Shown one piece after another: positions 21,132 through 32,175 of a stretch of DNA of 64,000 nt. The notes under the pieces are model-generated. The model did not search any database, was not told the DNA's origin, and saw nothing but the letters and a program-made list of their open reading frames with translations. Every line of letters begins with the position of its first letter. The first letter of the stretch is position 1. A program made the position numbers and the translations under genes. Origin of the DNA: an uncultured delta proteobacterium (lineage in GTDB: Bacteria > Desulfobacterota > Desulfobacteria > Desulfobacterales > Desulfosalsimonadaceae); contig CAWGYD010000010.1 in assembly GCA_963826785.1 (NCBI GenBank), positions 128,001 through 192,000 of the forward strand, in the 5' to 3' direction.

Positions 21132-22118
21132 TCAGCCCGGCCCCATGATCCGCCGATAATAAATTTTTCGGCCCTGCTCAAATGGTTCGATTTCATGTTT
21201 CCGCACCATCTCTTCGAGCTTTGGTTTAACCCGTGCGTCATCGATGCCCAGGCCGGAGGTGATATCTTCTGTGGTGCAGGGCCGGCGGGACAGCATGGAC
21301 CGGATCTTATCCCTGACATCCGATTGGACATCTGATTTGACGTCTGATTTGATGTCTGATTTGACATCTGGCACCGGATGATTTTTGGATTTGGCGGCCA
21401 ACGAGACGATAATTTCGGCCTTTTTCCCCAGAACTTCTTTGAAGCGGATCAATTTTTCCGGGGAAACCATGGATACATCGTTTTCTGCGGGGGGCCGGGC
21501 CACCGTATTGAGGTGAATCCGGTCGGGCCGGATGCGGTCGCACCAGTTTAAAAAGGCGGCCATATCCGCATCCGTATCATTGACGCCTGCCACCAGGAAA
21601 ATCTCCAGCCAGATGGATTTTCGGTATTCCTGCCTGAAATCGATCAACCCCTGGGCCATGTTTTCAAATGAAACATCGGGATGTGGCCGGTTGATGATCT
21701 TAAATACCCGCTCGTTTGGGGCGTCAAAAGACGGCAACACCGCATCTGCCGCCATCAGCGCCTCCCGTACCCCTGGATCTGACAGGGTCGATCCGTTGGT
21801 GATCACCGCCACCGGGATGTCTGTCATTTCCTTGATATCGCCGATGATCCGTCCGATGTCTGCATTCAGCGTGGGTTCTCCGGAGCCGCCGAGGGTGACA
21901 AAATCCGGTGAGATGCCCTCTTCCAGACGTGTTTTCAGCTCCATTAGCACCTGTTCAATGGGAACATAGGATCGGCGAAGAAGCGTGGTCTTTTCCGTGA
22001 CGCCGATCTGGCAGTAGATACAGTCATAGGAACAGACCTTGTAGGGGACCAGATCCACGCCCAGGGATCGCCCCAGGCGGCGGGAAGGGACCGGACCGTA
22101 AATGAATTGCGCTTTCAT
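21132..22118 (-). CDS. Radical SAM protein (TYW1-like family) with a C-terminal winged-helix-like segment
   Basis: YGPVPSRRLGRSLG, CSYDCIYC, GSGEPTL. Confidence 0.85.
   Translation of the reverse strand: MKAQFIYGPVPSRRLGRSLGVDLVPYKVCSYDCIYCQIGVTEKTTLLRRSYVPIEQVLMELKTRLEEGISPDFVTLGGSGEPTLNADIGRIIGDIKEMTDIPVAVITNGSTLSDPGVREALMAADAVLPSFDAPNERVFKIINRPHPDVSFENMAQGLIDFRQEYRKSIWLEIFLVAGVNDTDADMAAFLNWCDRIRPDRIHLNTVARPPAENDVSMVSPEKLIRFKEVLGKKAEIIVSLAAKSKNHPVPDVKSDIKSDVKSDVQSDVRDKIRSMLSRRPCTTEDITSGLGIDDARVKPKLEEMVRKHEIEPFEQGRKIYYRRIMGPG
21314..21370. repeat. In-frame 12-bp tandem repeat (~4.75 copies) encoding K/Q-S-D-V/I
   Basis: tgacatccgatt ggacatctgatt tgacgtctgatt tgatgtctgatt tgacatctg. Confidence 0.9.
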
Positions 22119-22331
22119 CCGTTGAATTTCCTGTTTCAATGTCTATGATGAGAAAAATACCGGCGCTTTGGGCATCTTGTTTTCATTACCGCTTTCAAAC
22201 GGGATATAGCACAAAAAGAAGGTAAACCCCACATCAATTGCTTGCAAGTGCCCGATGGTCCTGTTAAAAAGCTGTGATTGGAAGAAGGTTATGCAATGGC
22301 GGCCGACGCCCACAATTAAGGAGAAATATTG

Positions 22332-23795
22332 ATGACTGAGGATTTTTCACCATCGGATCATCCGGAAAATGAAGAAAGTTTCGAGGAGCTGTTTGAATCC
22401 TATATGGCGGAGGAAAAGGAGCTTCGGGTCGGTGACCGGGTGAAGGGAGAGATCATTTCCATCGGGGATAAGAACCTGTTTATCCATACCGGCGCGAAAA
22501 CCGACGGCGTGGCGGAAAAAGCCGAATTTCTGGACAAGGACGGCCAGTTCCCCTATCAGGTCGGCGATCCCATCGAGCTTTACGTGACCGCGGTCAACGA
22601 CCACGAGATCCGCCTGTCCAAATCCGTTACCGGTGCCGGCGGCCTGAACCAGCTGTATACCGCCTATAAAAGCCGCATCCCGGTGGAAGGGAAAGTAAGT
22701 GAAACCTGCAAGGGCGGATTTCGCGTTCAGATACAGCAGCAGAGCGCCTTTTGTCCCATCAGCCAGATGGATCACCGGTATGTCGAAGAACCGGATGCGT
22801 ATGTGGGAAACACCTTTGAATTTCTGATCACCCAGATTACGGAAAAAGGTCGCAATATCGTCATCTCCCGCCGGGAGCTGCTGCAGGAGCAGTTTGCGGC
22901 CGAGCGGCAGAAATTTGTGGAGACCGTCAATGCGGGGGATGTTCTCGATGGGCGGGTCATCAAGATCATGCCGTATGGCGCGTTCGTGGAACTGTTTCCG
23001 GGGGTCGAGGGAATGGTGCACATCTCAGAGCTGAGCTGGTCGCGGACCGCCAGCCCGGAAGAGGTCGTAAAATCCGACGAAACCATCCGGGTAAAGGTGC
23101 TGTCCATCGAACCCGATGCGAAGAGCAAGGGTGCGCTGAAAATCTCCTTATCGGTCAAACAGGCCACCGGCGATCCATGGGACAGCATCCACCAGACGTT
23201 TACGGCCGGAGACAAGGTTTCCGGCACGGTGACCCGGTGCGCCGATTTCGGGGCATTCGTGGAAATCGCCCCCGGCATCGAGGGGCTGGTGCACATCAGC
23301 GAAATGAGCCATACCCGGCGGGTGGTTCGGGCCGAAGACGTGGTCTCCCCGGGAGAGACGATTCCGGTGATGATCAAGGACATCGATGCGGAAAAGCGCC
23401 GGATATCCTTGAGCATGAAAGATTCCGAAGGCGATCCCTGGGCCGCGGTGGAGGAAAAATACAAAGTGGGGCAGCAGGTCACGGGGACGATTGAAAAGAA
23501 GGAAACCTTCGGGTTCTTCATCAGCCTGGAGCCCGGCATCACCGGACTTCTGCCCCGGTCGAAAATTACCGGGGCGGCAGGCGCCGCCGATATCGACCGA
23601 CTCAAGGTGAATTCCCCCATTTCCCTGGTAATAGAAGAAATCCATCCCCGGGAACGAAAAATCACCCTGGGCATGGAAGGCGAAAAAACAAATACCGAAT
23701 GGCAGAATTATCGTGCCGCAGACCGCAGCGGCGGCGGTGACATGGGGGATCTGGGAGAGAAATTAAAGGCGGCGCTCAAGCAAACCCAAAAATGA
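22332..23795 (+). CDS. rpsA: 30S ribosomal protein S1 (short form, about five S1 domains)
   Basis: Repeated S1 motifs (YGAFVELFPGVEGMVHISELSW, FGAFVEIAPGIEGLVHISEMS, RRISLSMK); AAGGAG RBS. Confidence 0.85.
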   Translation: MTEDFSPSDHPENEESFEELFESYMAEEKELRVGDRVKGEIISIGDKNLFIHTGAKTDGVAEKAEFLDKDGQFPYQVGDPIELYVTAVNDHEIRLSKSVTGAGGLNQLYTAYKSRIPVEGKVSETCKGGFRVQIQQQSAFCPISQMDHRYVEEPDAYVGNTFEFLITQITEKGRNIVISRRELLQEQFAAERQKFVETVNAGDVLDGRVIKIMPYGAFVELFPGVEGMVHISELSWSRTASPEEVVKSDETIRVKVLSIEPDAKSKGALKISLSVKQATGDPWDSIHQTFTAGDKVSGTVTRCADFGAFVEIAPGIEGLVHISEMSHTRRVVRAEDVVSPGETIPVMIKDIDAEKRRISLSMKDSEGDPWAAVEEKYKVGQQVTGTIEKKETFGFFISLEPGITGLLPRSKITGAAGAADIDRLKVNSPISLVIEEIHPRERKITLGMEGEKTNTEWQNYRAADRSGGGDMGDLGEKLKAALKQTQK

Positions 23796-23846
23796 TCCGG
23801 TTCAGCTCATCTGCCGTAATGTCATGTAATGCGGCCGGCTCTGTAT

Positions 23847-23929
23847 AAAAAAAAAACAGGTTTTCCTGCCCGGATGCAAAGGATTTCATTTTGCCTTCGC
23901 GTTCTTTGCAGGATAACCTGTTTTTTTTT
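23847..23929. terminator. Long bidirectional hairpin terminator between convergent genes
   Basis: A10-caggttttcctgc ... gcaggataacctg-T9, with an inner imperfect stem. Confidence 0.75.
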
Positions 23930-23968
23930 ACTTCAGGATCTGAATTGAAGTAGTGGTCTAAACTGCTT

Positions 23969-24271
23969 TTAATCCTTATAAAAAATTCCCCCGATCAGCA
24001 GCAGAATGCCTCCGATGATGAACAGCAGCAGAAAAAGAGGCATCTGCACCACATAATCTGCGGCTTTCTGGCCATACCCCCAGGGAATCTGGTCAATCCA
24101 TTCAAAATTACCCGGATCCAGGACATCCATGAGAGACGAATGTTCGTTTCCGGTAAATTTTTCCCTCGACAAGTCCGACGATGAGGCCATGAAATTTCCC
24201 AGCGCCGTATATCCGTAGACCAGTCCGCCGGAAAGGATAGAAATGACGCCGGCTGCATTGGTTTTTTTCAT
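23969..24271 (-). CDS. Small membrane protein, two hydrophobic segments
   Basis: N- and C-terminal hydrophobic helices; GAAGGG RBS. Confidence 0.65.
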   Translation of the reverse strand: MKKTNAAGVISILSGGLVYGYTALGNFMASSSDLSREKFTGNEHSSLMDVLDPGNFEWIDQIPWGYGQKAADYVVQMPLFLLLFIIGGILLLIGGIFYKD

Positions 24272-24370
24272 GTTCATCCCTTCCATAAATGAAAAACGTG
24301 AAAAAAAAAGTGATCAACCGGTCATATCCTATATCAGATTCGGGCAGAAGTTGACAAAGGAAAAAATGGA

Positions 24371-25126
24371 CTATCCGATCTCCGCCTTATAAAATTCCCG
24401 GTTCAGGCGGGCGATGTGGATGATGGATATCCCCTTGGGGCATTCGGCCTCGCATTCCGCCTCATTGGAGCAGTTGCCGAATCCCAGTTCATCCATTTTG
24501 CGCACCATCTGCCGGGCCCGGTTTGCGGCCTCCGGCCTGCCCTGGGGCAGGATGGACAAATGGGAAACGTTGGCCCCCACAAACAGCATGGCCGATGCAT
24601 TGGGACAGGCGGCCACGCAGGCGCCGCAGCCGATGCAGGCGGCCGCGTTGAAGGCGGCTTCCGCCTGCTCCCGGGAAACCAGTATGGTATTGGCATCGGG
24701 CGCGCCGCCGGCCGTGGCCGAGATGAACCCGCCGGACTGGATCAGGGCGTCCAGGGGGGACCGGTCCACCACCAGGTCCTTGATGGGGTGAAAGGCCCTG
24801 GCCCGCCAGGGTTCGATGACCAGGACATCCCAGTTTTTAAAATGCCGCATGTGCAGCTGGCACAACGTGGTTTCCTTCTCATGGCCATGTGCGCGGCCGT
24901 TGACCATGGCTCCGCACATGCCGCAGATGCCTTCCCGGCAGTCGTGGTCGAAGGCGATGGGCTCCGCCCCTTTTTTAATCAGCGATTCATTGACCACATC
25001 CAGCATTTCCAAAAAGGACATGTCGGTGGAAATGCTGTCGGCCGTATAGGTTTCAAACCTGCCTTTCTCTTCGCCTCTTGCCTGACGCCAGACTTTTAAA
25101 GTCAAATTGATGGTTTTGGTTGTCAT
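24371..25126 (-). CDS. sdhB: Succinate dehydrogenase/fumarate reductase iron-sulfur subunit
   Basis: [36 protein letters not shown]. Confidence 0.95.
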   Translation of the reverse strand: MTTKTINLTLKVWRQARGEEKGRFETYTADSISTDMSFLEMLDVVNESLIKKGAEPIAFDHDCREGICGMCGAMVNGRAHGHEKETTLCQLHMRHFKNWDVLVIEPWRARAFHPIKDLVVDRSPLDALIQSGGFISATAGGAPDANTILVSREQAEAAFNAAACIGCGACVAACPNASAMLFVGANVSHLSILPQGRPEAANRARQMVRKMDELGFGNCSNEAECEAECPKGISIIHIARLNREFYKAEIG

Positions 25127-27036
25127 TTGTAGCTCCTCTGGGTCAGCTCCACATTTTCAAAAGCCAGCGGTTCCTTGTGGGAGACCGGTTCGCGGCCGTC
25201 TCCGGCATATTCCCATGCCGCCACATGGCAAAAATCCTTGTCGTTTCGAAGGGCCTCGTTCTCTTCGGTCTGATAATCGATATTGAAGTGGGATCCGCAG
25301 GATTCCTGCCGGGCCAGGGCATCGATGACCATCAGTTCCGCAAATTCCAGAAAATCCGCCACGCGCCCGGCCCGCTCCAGATTCTGATTCAAGTCTTCCC
25401 GCCTGCCCGCCACCTTGACGTTTTGCCAGAATTCTGCCCTCAGATCGCGGATCATGCCGCGGGCCTTGGTCAGTCCCTCGTTGGACCGGGCCATGCCGCA
25501 GTGATCCCACATGATCAGACCCAGTTCCCGATGGAATTCATCCACCGTCTTGTTTCCGTTGATGGAAAGCAGTTTGTCCAGCCGCTGCCGGGCATCATTT
25601 TCCGCCTGCCGGAATGCCTCGTGATCCGTGGACACGGGCGCAAGGGAAGAAGATGCCAGGTACCCGCCCATGGTGTAGGGAATGATGAAATAACCATCCG
25701 CCAGTCCCTGCATCAGGGCGCTTGCCCCCAGCCGGTTGGCGCCGTGATCGGAAAAATTGGCCTCGCCCAGGACGAACATCCCGTCTATGGTACTCATCAG
25801 GTTGTAGTCCACCCACAGCCCGCCCATGGTGTAATGCACGGCCGGATAGATCATCATGGGCGTTTCATAGGGGTTGTCCCCCGTGATCTTGTGGTACATG
25901 TCAAACAGGTTGCCGTACTTGGCGGCAATGGCATCCTTGCCCTCCCGGGCAATGGCGTCTGCAAAATCGAGATAGACCGCAAGCCTTGTCTCACCGACCC
26001 CCTTGCCCTGATCGGTCTGTTCCTTGGCGTTGCGGGAGGCCACATCCCGGGGGACCAGGTTGCCGAAAGACGGATACTTGCGCTCCAGATAATAATCCCG
26101 CTCCGGTTCGGGGATCTGCTGGGGGCGGCGGTTGTCCCCCGGTTTTTTGGGCACCCACACCCGGCCGTCGTTTCGCAGGCTCTCGCTCATCAGGGTCAGC
26201 TTGGACTGGTACGTCCCGTGCACCGGGATGCAGGTGGGATGAATCTGGGTAAAGCAGGGGTTGGCGAAATACGCCCCTTTCTTATACGCCCGGAAGGCGG
26301 CGGAAGCATTGGAAGACATGGCGTTGGTGGACAGGAAATAGACATTGCCGTATCCGCCGGTGGCCAGGATCACGGCATGGGCCGAATGGGACTCGATTTT
26401 GCCGTCGATGAGGTTTCGGGCCACCACTCCCCGGGCCTGTCCGTTGACCACCACGATATCCATGATTTCCCGCCGGGGAAACATCTTCACCCGGCCGTCT
26501 CCCACCTGGCGCAGCAGGGACCGGTAGGCCCCCAGCAGCAACTGCTGCCCGGTCTGCCCCCGGGCGTAAAACGTCCGGGATACCTGCGCCCCGCCGAAAG
26601 AGCGGTTGGCCAGAAGCCCGCCGTAATCCCGGGCAAAGGGGACGCCCTGGGCCACGCACTGGTCGATGATGTTTCCGGACAGCTGGGCCAGACGGTAGAC
26701 ATTGGCTTCCCGGGCCCGGAAATCGCCGCCCTTGATGGTATCGTAAAAGAGCCGCCGGTCGGAATCACCGTCATTGGCGTAATTCTTGGAGGCGTTGATC
26801 CCGCCCTGTGCGGCGATGCTGTGGGCGCGGCGGGGCGAATCCTGGATACAGAAATTTTTCACGTTGTACCCGAGTTCGGCCAGGGTGGAGGCGGCGGAAG
26901 CACCGGCAAGACCGGTGCCCACGACGATGATTTCAAACTTCTTTCGGTTTGCCGGGTTGACCAGCTTCAGTTCAAACCGGTGGCGGTCCCATTTTTCCAC
27001 CAGGGGCCCACCGGGTATTTTCGAGTCCAGCGTCAT
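25123..27036 (-). CDS. sdhA: Succinate dehydrogenase/fumarate reductase flavoprotein subunit
   Basis: [40 protein letters not shown]. Confidence 0.95.
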   Translation of the reverse strand: MTLDSKIPGGPLVEKWDRHRFELKLVNPANRKKFEIIVVGTGLAGASAASTLAELGYNVKNFCIQDSPRRAHSIAAQGGINASKNYANDGDSDRRLFYDTIKGGDFRAREANVYRLAQLSGNIIDQCVAQGVPFARDYGGLLANRSFGGAQVSRTFYARGQTGQQLLLGAYRSLLRQVGDGRVKMFPRREIMDIVVVNGQARGVVARNLIDGKIESHSAHAVILATGGYGNVYFLSTNAMSSNASAAFRAYKKGAYFANPCFTQIHPTCIPVHGTYQSKLTLMSESLRNDGRVWVPKKPGDNRRPQQIPEPERDYYLERKYPSFGNLVPRDVASRNAKEQTDQGKGVGETRLAVYLDFADAIAREGKDAIAAKYGNLFDMYHKITGDNPYETPMMIYPAVHYTMGGLWVDYNLMSTIDGMFVLGEANFSDHGANRLGASALMQGLADGYFIIPYTMGGYLASSSLAPVSTDHEAFRQAENDARQRLDKLLSINGNKTVDEFHRELGLIMWDHCGMARSNEGLTKARGMIRDLRAEFWQNVKVAGRREDLNQNLERAGRVADFLEFAELMVIDALARQESCGSHFNIDYQTEENEALRNDKDFCHVAAWEYAGDGREPVSHKEPLAFENVELTQRSYK

Positions 27037-27047
27037 GATCTTCCTTT

Positions 27048-27689
27048 CTATGCGAGTAAGCCGATGTAAACCGGTATGATGCCGAATCCGGCAGCGACCA
27101 GAACGGCAAAGAAAATGCCGATGCCCTGGATGATCGGCATATATTTTGGATGATTGGCCCCCAGGGTCTGAAACAGGCTCCAGAATCCGTGGCGGACATG
27201 GATGGCCACCAGGATCACCGCAATCGTATAAAAGGCCATGTAATAGGGCCGGGACAAGACCCCGGACACCACTGAAAAGAGCGACTGCTGGTCCATATCG
27301 ATAAACCGGAAATTGAGCAGATGAACGATGACGAAAGTAAGGATCAGCGGCCCCGTATACCCCATGGTGGCGGACCCGATGGTCCGGCCGCCGGCACGGT
27401 GTTTGACGGCGTACCGCACCGGCCGGGATTGCAGGTTTTCAAAAAACAGGAGCATGCCGATACTGATATGAATCACGGCAAAAAAGATGAGCCCCCATTC
27501 GACGACCGCCACTATCGGGGCCAGGGCATGCAGGTGGGCGGCATAGGATTCGAACATGTCTTTTCCCACGTACAGGGTCATATTCCCCACCATATGGAAA
27601 AAGAGAAAGATGATGAATCCCAGCCCGGTGACGGCCATCAGCAGCTTCTTGCCGATGGAGGTGCAAAACATCTTGACGATCCAGTACAT
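27048..27689 (-). CDS. sdhC: Succinate dehydrogenase cytochrome b subunit
   Basis: [12 protein letters not shown], multiple TM helices with conserved His, [11 protein letters not shown]. Confidence 0.92.
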   Translation of the reverse strand: MYWIVKMFCTSIGKKLLMAVTGLGFIIFLFFHMVGNMTLYVGKDMFESYAAHLHALAPIVAVVEWGLIFFAVIHISIGMLLFFENLQSRPVRYAVKHRAGGRTIGSATMGYTGPLILTFVIVHLLNFRFIDMDQQSLFSVVSGVLSRPYYMAFYTIAVILVAIHVRHGFWSLFQTLGANHPKYMPIIQGIGIFFAVLVAAGFGIIPVYIGLLA

Positions 27690-27839
27690 GACAGACTCCA
27701 GATAATCTATTTTATAATTTGGGTTGAAAAACCCTTTTTAAATAAGCAGCTCAGCGGGTTTTCGGCAATACGCAAATGAGCATGCGGTTTGCCGCATGCG
27801 TGGCTTCACAGATCTTGATCCGAAAGAGTTGCGTTTGAA

Positions 27840-28718
27840 TTACACGCCGGCGAACACTTCTGCGCACAGTTGGCCGATGTTGCCGAGATTCTCACAGACG
27901 TGGACCCCGCCCTTTTTAAGGGCATCGATCTTGGCGGCCGCAGTTCCGCTGGAACCGGAAATGATGGCCCCCGCATGCCCCATGCGCCTTCCCGGCGGAG
28001 CGGTGATTCCGGCAATAAACCCGACCACCGGCTTGGTGACATGGGCCTTGATGAACTCGGCCGCTTTTTCTTCGGCATTGCCGCCGATTTCCCCCACCAT
28101 CACGATCCCTTTGGTTTCGGGATCTTTTTCAAAGGCGTCCAGGCAGTCGATGAAATTGGTGCCGTTGATGGGATCTCCGCCGATCCCGATGCAGGTGGAC
28201 TGGCCGATGCGCTGTTGCGTGAGCTGAAAGACCACCTCATAGGTGAGGGTCCCGGAGCGGGAGACCACGCCGATGGGGCCTCCGGGCGTGTGGATCTGAC
28301 CCGGCATGATGCCGATCTTGGCCTGACCCGGGGTGATGATGCCCGGGCAATTGGGGCCGATCAGGCGGGATTTGGACGATTTCAGCGCCTGCTTGACCCG
28401 CATCATGTCCAGGACGGGGATCCCTTCGGTAATGGCGACGATCAGATCGATTCCCGCGTCCACCGCCTCCAGGATGGCATCTGCGGCAAACGGGGGCGGC
28501 ACAAAAATCATGGAGCAGTTGGCCTTCGCCTTTTCCGCTGCTTCCTTTACCGTGTTGAACACCGGAACGTCATCCATGTTTTCTCCCCCCTTGCCGGGGG
28601 TGACGCCCGCCACCACGCGGGTGCCGTACTCGATGCACTGGCGGGTATGGAACTGCCCTTCCCTTCCGGTGATTCCCTGAACCACCAGCCGGGTATGCGA
28701 ACCGACAAATATGCTCAT
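27840..28718 (-). CDS. sucD: Succinyl-CoA synthetase alpha subunit
   Basis: [30 protein letters not shown]. Confidence 0.97.
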   Translation of the reverse strand: MSIFVGSHTRLVVQGITGREGQFHTRQCIEYGTRVVAGVTPGKGGENMDDVPVFNTVKEAAEKAKANCSMIFVPPPFAADAILEAVDAGIDLIVAITEGIPVLDMMRVKQALKSSKSRLIGPNCPGIITPGQAKIGIMPGQIHTPGGPIGVVSRSGTLTYEVVFQLTQQRIGQSTCIGIGGDPINGTNFIDCLDAFEKDPETKGIVMVGEIGGNAEEKAAEFIKAHVTKPVVGFIAGITAPPGRRMGHAGAIISGSSGTAAAKIDALKKGGVHVCENLGNIGQLCAEVFAGV

Positions 28719-28866
28719 TTCAAGACCTCAAATCTGATTAGAAACCGGCGTCCAAAATTCTTAAGCACACCGGCCGTTATATGTTGACCATTTGAATCCG
28801 TGCACATGCCCGTTGCCGTTCACGTGCACGGAAAAACCCATGCCGACTTTCGAAAAAGGTCCGGTC

Positions 28867-30030
28867 TCAGGCAGCGATCAGCCGGGCCACCTGCTCGGCG
28901 GCATCCTTCATATCCCCGGCCGAATGGATTTTCAGACCGGAATCCGCCAGGATCTGACGTCCCTGCTCCACATTGGTGCCTTCCATCCGGACGATGAGCG
29001 GCACCTTGATGTCGATCTTTTTGGCTGCTTCCACAACCCCTTTGGCCAGTACATCGCATCGCAGGATGCCGCCGAAGATGTTGATAAGGATTCCCTTGAC
29101 CTTTTTGTCGCTTAAGATAATCCGAAAGCCGTTCTCCACCATTTCAGCCGAGGCGCCGCCCCCCACGTCGAGAAAATTCGCGGGTTCGGCCCCGGCCAGC
29201 TTGATGGTATCCATGACCGCCATGGCCAGTCCGGCGCCGTTGACCATGTTGCCCACGGTGCCGTCCATGTTGATATAGTTCAGGTTGTACTTGGAGGCTT
29301 CGACTTCCAGCGGATCCTCTTCATCGAGATCCCGGAATTCCAGCACATCCGGGTGCCTGAACAGGGCGTTGTTGTCAAAATCCATCTTGGCATCCAGTGC
29401 GATCACCTGGTCATCCCCGGTCAGCACCAGCGGATTGATCTCTACCAGGGAGCAGTCATAATCCATAAACAGCCGGTAGAGCCCGGCGATCATCTTGGTA
29501 AAGGTCCGGATGGCGCCCTTGGGGAGATTGAGCCCGTAGGCGATCTGCCGGCCATGGAACGGCTGGAAACCGGACAGGGGGTTGATATAGGTGCGGACGA
29601 TCTTCTCCGGGGTGGAAGCCGCCACTTCCTCGATGTCCATGCCGCCGGCTTCGCTGGCGATGATCAGCACGCAGGCGGTCTCCCGGTCGGGAATCAGGCT
29701 CAGGTAGAGCTCTTTTTGAATATCCACCCCCTGTTCGATCAGCACCTGCTTCACCCTTTTTCCGGCCGGACCGGTCTGGTGGGTAACCAGGTTCATGCCG
29801 ATAATGGATTTGGCGTGGGAAACCGCCTCGTCCACGCTGCCGGCCAGCTTCACCCCGCCGCCCTTTCCCCGGCCCCCGGCATGGATCTGGGCTTTGACCA
29901 CCACCGGAAATTCGCTCATATTCTGAGCGATCCGGCGGGCATCGGCTTCATTGAAGGCCACCTCGCCGGAAGGCACGGGAATGCCGTATTTTCGAAAAAC
30001 CGTTTTTGCCTGAAATTCATGTATCTTCAT
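28867..30030 (-). CDS. sucC: Succinyl-CoA synthetase beta subunit
   Basis: KIHEFQAK, KAQIHAGGRGKGGGV, NGAGLAMA, NIFGGILRCD. Confidence 0.97.
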   Translation of the reverse strand: MKIHEFQAKTVFRKYGIPVPSGEVAFNEADARRIAQNMSEFPVVVKAQIHAGGRGKGGGVKLAGSVDEAVSHAKSIIGMNLVTHQTGPAGKRVKQVLIEQGVDIQKELYLSLIPDRETACVLIIASEAGGMDIEEVAASTPEKIVRTYINPLSGFQPFHGRQIAYGLNLPKGAIRTFTKMIAGLYRLFMDYDCSLVEINPLVLTGDDQVIALDAKMDFDNNALFRHPDVLEFRDLDEEDPLEVEASKYNLNYINMDGTVGNMVNGAGLAMAVMDTIKLAGAEPANFLDVGGGASAEMVENGFRIILSDKKVKGILINIFGGILRCDVLAKGVVEAAKKIDIKVPLIVRMEGTNVEQGRQILADSGLKIHSAGDMKDAAEQVARLIAA

Positions 30031-30051
30031 ATCAATTTTACCTCGGGTGCT

Positions 30052-32106
30052 TTATCCGATCACGCACAGGACGTTGTTTTTGGCCACTGAATCGCCGACC
30101 TTGTAGTTGATCGCCTTGATGGTGCCGCTCACCGGTGCCGGCAGAGAGTTTTCCATTTTCATGGCTTCAAGCACCACCACCGATTCGCCTTCCTTCACCG
30201 TGTCGCCCACCTGTTTTTCATACCGGACGATCATGCCGGGCATGGGGGCCTTGAGCGGGGTTCCTTCCGCGGAAGCCGCTGCCGCAGGCTGCGGCGCCGA
30301 CGGCTGTGCAGCGGCCGGACGGGGGGCGGCGGGCTGGGGCGGCGCAGGTGCCGGCTGTGCCGGGGCGGGTCGGGGTGCCGGTGCCGCGGAAGCCTGCCGG
30401 GCCGGCTTTGACGGTGCGGGCGCAGGCTGGGCCTGGGGCGGCTGGGTATAGGTGATCGCGGGGGGGCCGCCGGGTTCGTCCACCAGCACTTCGAAATACT
30501 CGTCGTCCACGAACACATTGAAGGTACGGGCATATTCGCTTTTTTCCGGAACGGGTTTTTCCGACGGCTCCACCAGTTTTCCCGCCTTGGCCTTTTTCAC
30601 CATTTCCTGCTCGAGCAGGCACTCATCCAGTGATTTGGGTTGCAATTCGGGCGGCGGGGTCTCCTTGCCGTACTTGTACATGAGAAACTTCTTTCCGGTG
30701 ACCGGGTAGAGGGCATAGAGCAGGATGTCTTCCATCTGGGTGGTGATATCCTTGAGATCCTCTTTGGCCTTTTCCAGTTCCGGCTCCAGGATTTCCGCGG
30801 GACGGACCGTGATGGGTTTCTCGCCCCGGGGATACCCCTTCAACGCCTTTTTCTGGACTTTGGAGTTAATCGCCGCCGGCGTCTTGCCGTACAGTCCGTA
30901 GCAGAGGTCCTTCACCTGGGCGGTGATCATCTTGTATCTTTCCGATTCATCATCAAAAAGCACGTTGTTGACGGTCTGGATGCCCACGATCTGGCTGGTG
31001 GGCGTCACCAGCGGGATCTGCCCCAGATCCCTGCGCACCTTGGGAAGTTCTTCATACACTTCATTGATCCGATCCAGGGCATCCATCTCCTTGAGCTGGT
31101 TAACCAGGTTGGAGAGCATGCCTCCCGGGGTCTGGTGGAGCAACACGTTGATGTCGATGATGGAAACCTTTGATTCATCGAGCAGATGCCGGTATTTGGG
31201 AAGAACATCCTTCTCCAGGATGTTGTTGATCTTGGCCAGGGACTTGATATCCAGGCCGGTATCCCGGCTGGTTCCGATCAGGGACATGATCAGCGGTTCC
31301 ACTGCCGGATGGGAGGTCCGGTAGGCATAAGTGGACAAGCAGGTATCGAGAATGTCCACACCGGCTTCCACCGCCTTCAAATGGGTCATGGGGGCCATGC
31401 CCGAGGTGAAATGGCTGTGCAGATGGATGGGAATGGACGTGCTGCTCTTGAGCGCGCTGATGAGTTCATAGGCATCATAGGGGGCCATGAGTCCGGCCAT
31501 GTCCTTGATGCAGATGGAGTCGGCCCCCATCTTCTCCAGGTCCTTGGCCTTATCCAGGTAATACTGGGTGTTGTAGATCTCACCGCCCATTCTCGGTTCG
31601 GTCAGGGAATAGCAGATGCAGCCCTGGAAATGCTTCTTGGTGTCCTTGATGGCCTTGACCACCGTTTCAAAATTGCGGTAGTCGTTTAACGCATCAAAGG
31701 TGCGGAAGATGTCCATGCCGTTTTCGGCAGCCGTTTCCACAAAGGCCTTGGCCACATCATCCGCGTAATTGCGGTAGCCCACCAGGTTCTGGCCCCGAAG
31801 CAGCATGGAAAAGGGCGTCTTTTTCATGTAGCGCTTCAGTGTCCGGATGCGCTCCCAGGGGTCCTCGTTCAAAAACCGGTGCATGGTGTCGAAGGTCGCC
31901 CCGCCCCAGGTCTCCACCGCCCAGAAGCCGACCTCGTCCATCATTTCGGCCACCGGCAGCATGTCCTCGGTCCGGCCCCGGGTGGCAAACAGCGACTGGT
32001 GCCCGTCACGGAAGGTCAGGTCCATGATTTTCACCGGGTTTTGCGCTTTCGGCCGGTCCTTGCCAAATTCTATTGATGTCATCTTTACCTGAAAATGATC
32101 TGTCAT
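30052..32106 (-). CDS. Pyruvate/oxaloacetate carboxyltransferase (transcarboxylase 5S-like) fused to a biotin carrier domain
   Basis: RDGHQSL, WGGATFD, IKDMAG, HSH, PGGMLSN; Pro/Ala linker; EAMKM biotinylation motif. Confidence 0.92.
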   Translation of the reverse strand: MTDHFQVKMTSIEFGKDRPKAQNPVKIMDLTFRDGHQSLFATRGRTEDMLPVAEMMDEVGFWAVETWGGATFDTMHRFLNEDPWERIRTLKRYMKKTPFSMLLRGQNLVGYRNYADDVAKAFVETAAENGMDIFRTFDALNDYRNFETVVKAIKDTKKHFQGCICYSLTEPRMGGEIYNTQYYLDKAKDLEKMGADSICIKDMAGLMAPYDAYELISALKSSTSIPIHLHSHFTSGMAPMTHLKAVEAGVDILDTCLSTYAYRTSHPAVEPLIMSLIGTSRDTGLDIKSLAKINNILEKDVLPKYRHLLDESKVSIIDINVLLHQTPGGMLSNLVNQLKEMDALDRINEVYEELPKVRRDLGQIPLVTPTSQIVGIQTVNNVLFDDESERYKMITAQVKDLCYGLYGKTPAAINSKVQKKALKGYPRGEKPITVRPAEILEPELEKAKEDLKDITTQMEDILLYALYPVTGKKFLMYKYGKETPPPELQPKSLDECLLEQEMVKKAKAGKLVEPSEKPVPEKSEYARTFNVFVDDEYFEVLVDEPGGPPAITYTQPPQAQPAPAPSKPARQASAAPAPRPAPAQPAPAPPQPAAPRPAAAQPSAPQPAAAASAEGTPLKAPMPGMIVRYEKQVGDTVKEGESVVVLEAMKMENSLPAPVSGTIKAINYKVGDSVAKNNVLCVIG

Positions 32107-32175
32107 AAGGCTCTCCTGTTTAAAAATCCTGTGGCGATGCGGCAATCCTGATCATTGCTGCCGGTATTTCACCTG

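Noticed and set aside
21314..21370. Repeat as a mini CRISPR array
   Set aside because: 12-bp contiguous units, no spacers, and in frame within a CDS.
25120..27069. 649-aa plus-strand ORF and similar long antisense ORFs (27870-28787, 35364-36725, 37380-38435, 45213-46214, 47544-48533)
   Set aside because: They mirror well-supported genes on the opposite strand and have no recognisable motifs; typical of GC-rich codon usage.
30270..30480. GC-rich repetitive stretch
   Set aside because: Encodes the ordinary Pro/Ala linker before the biotinyl domain.
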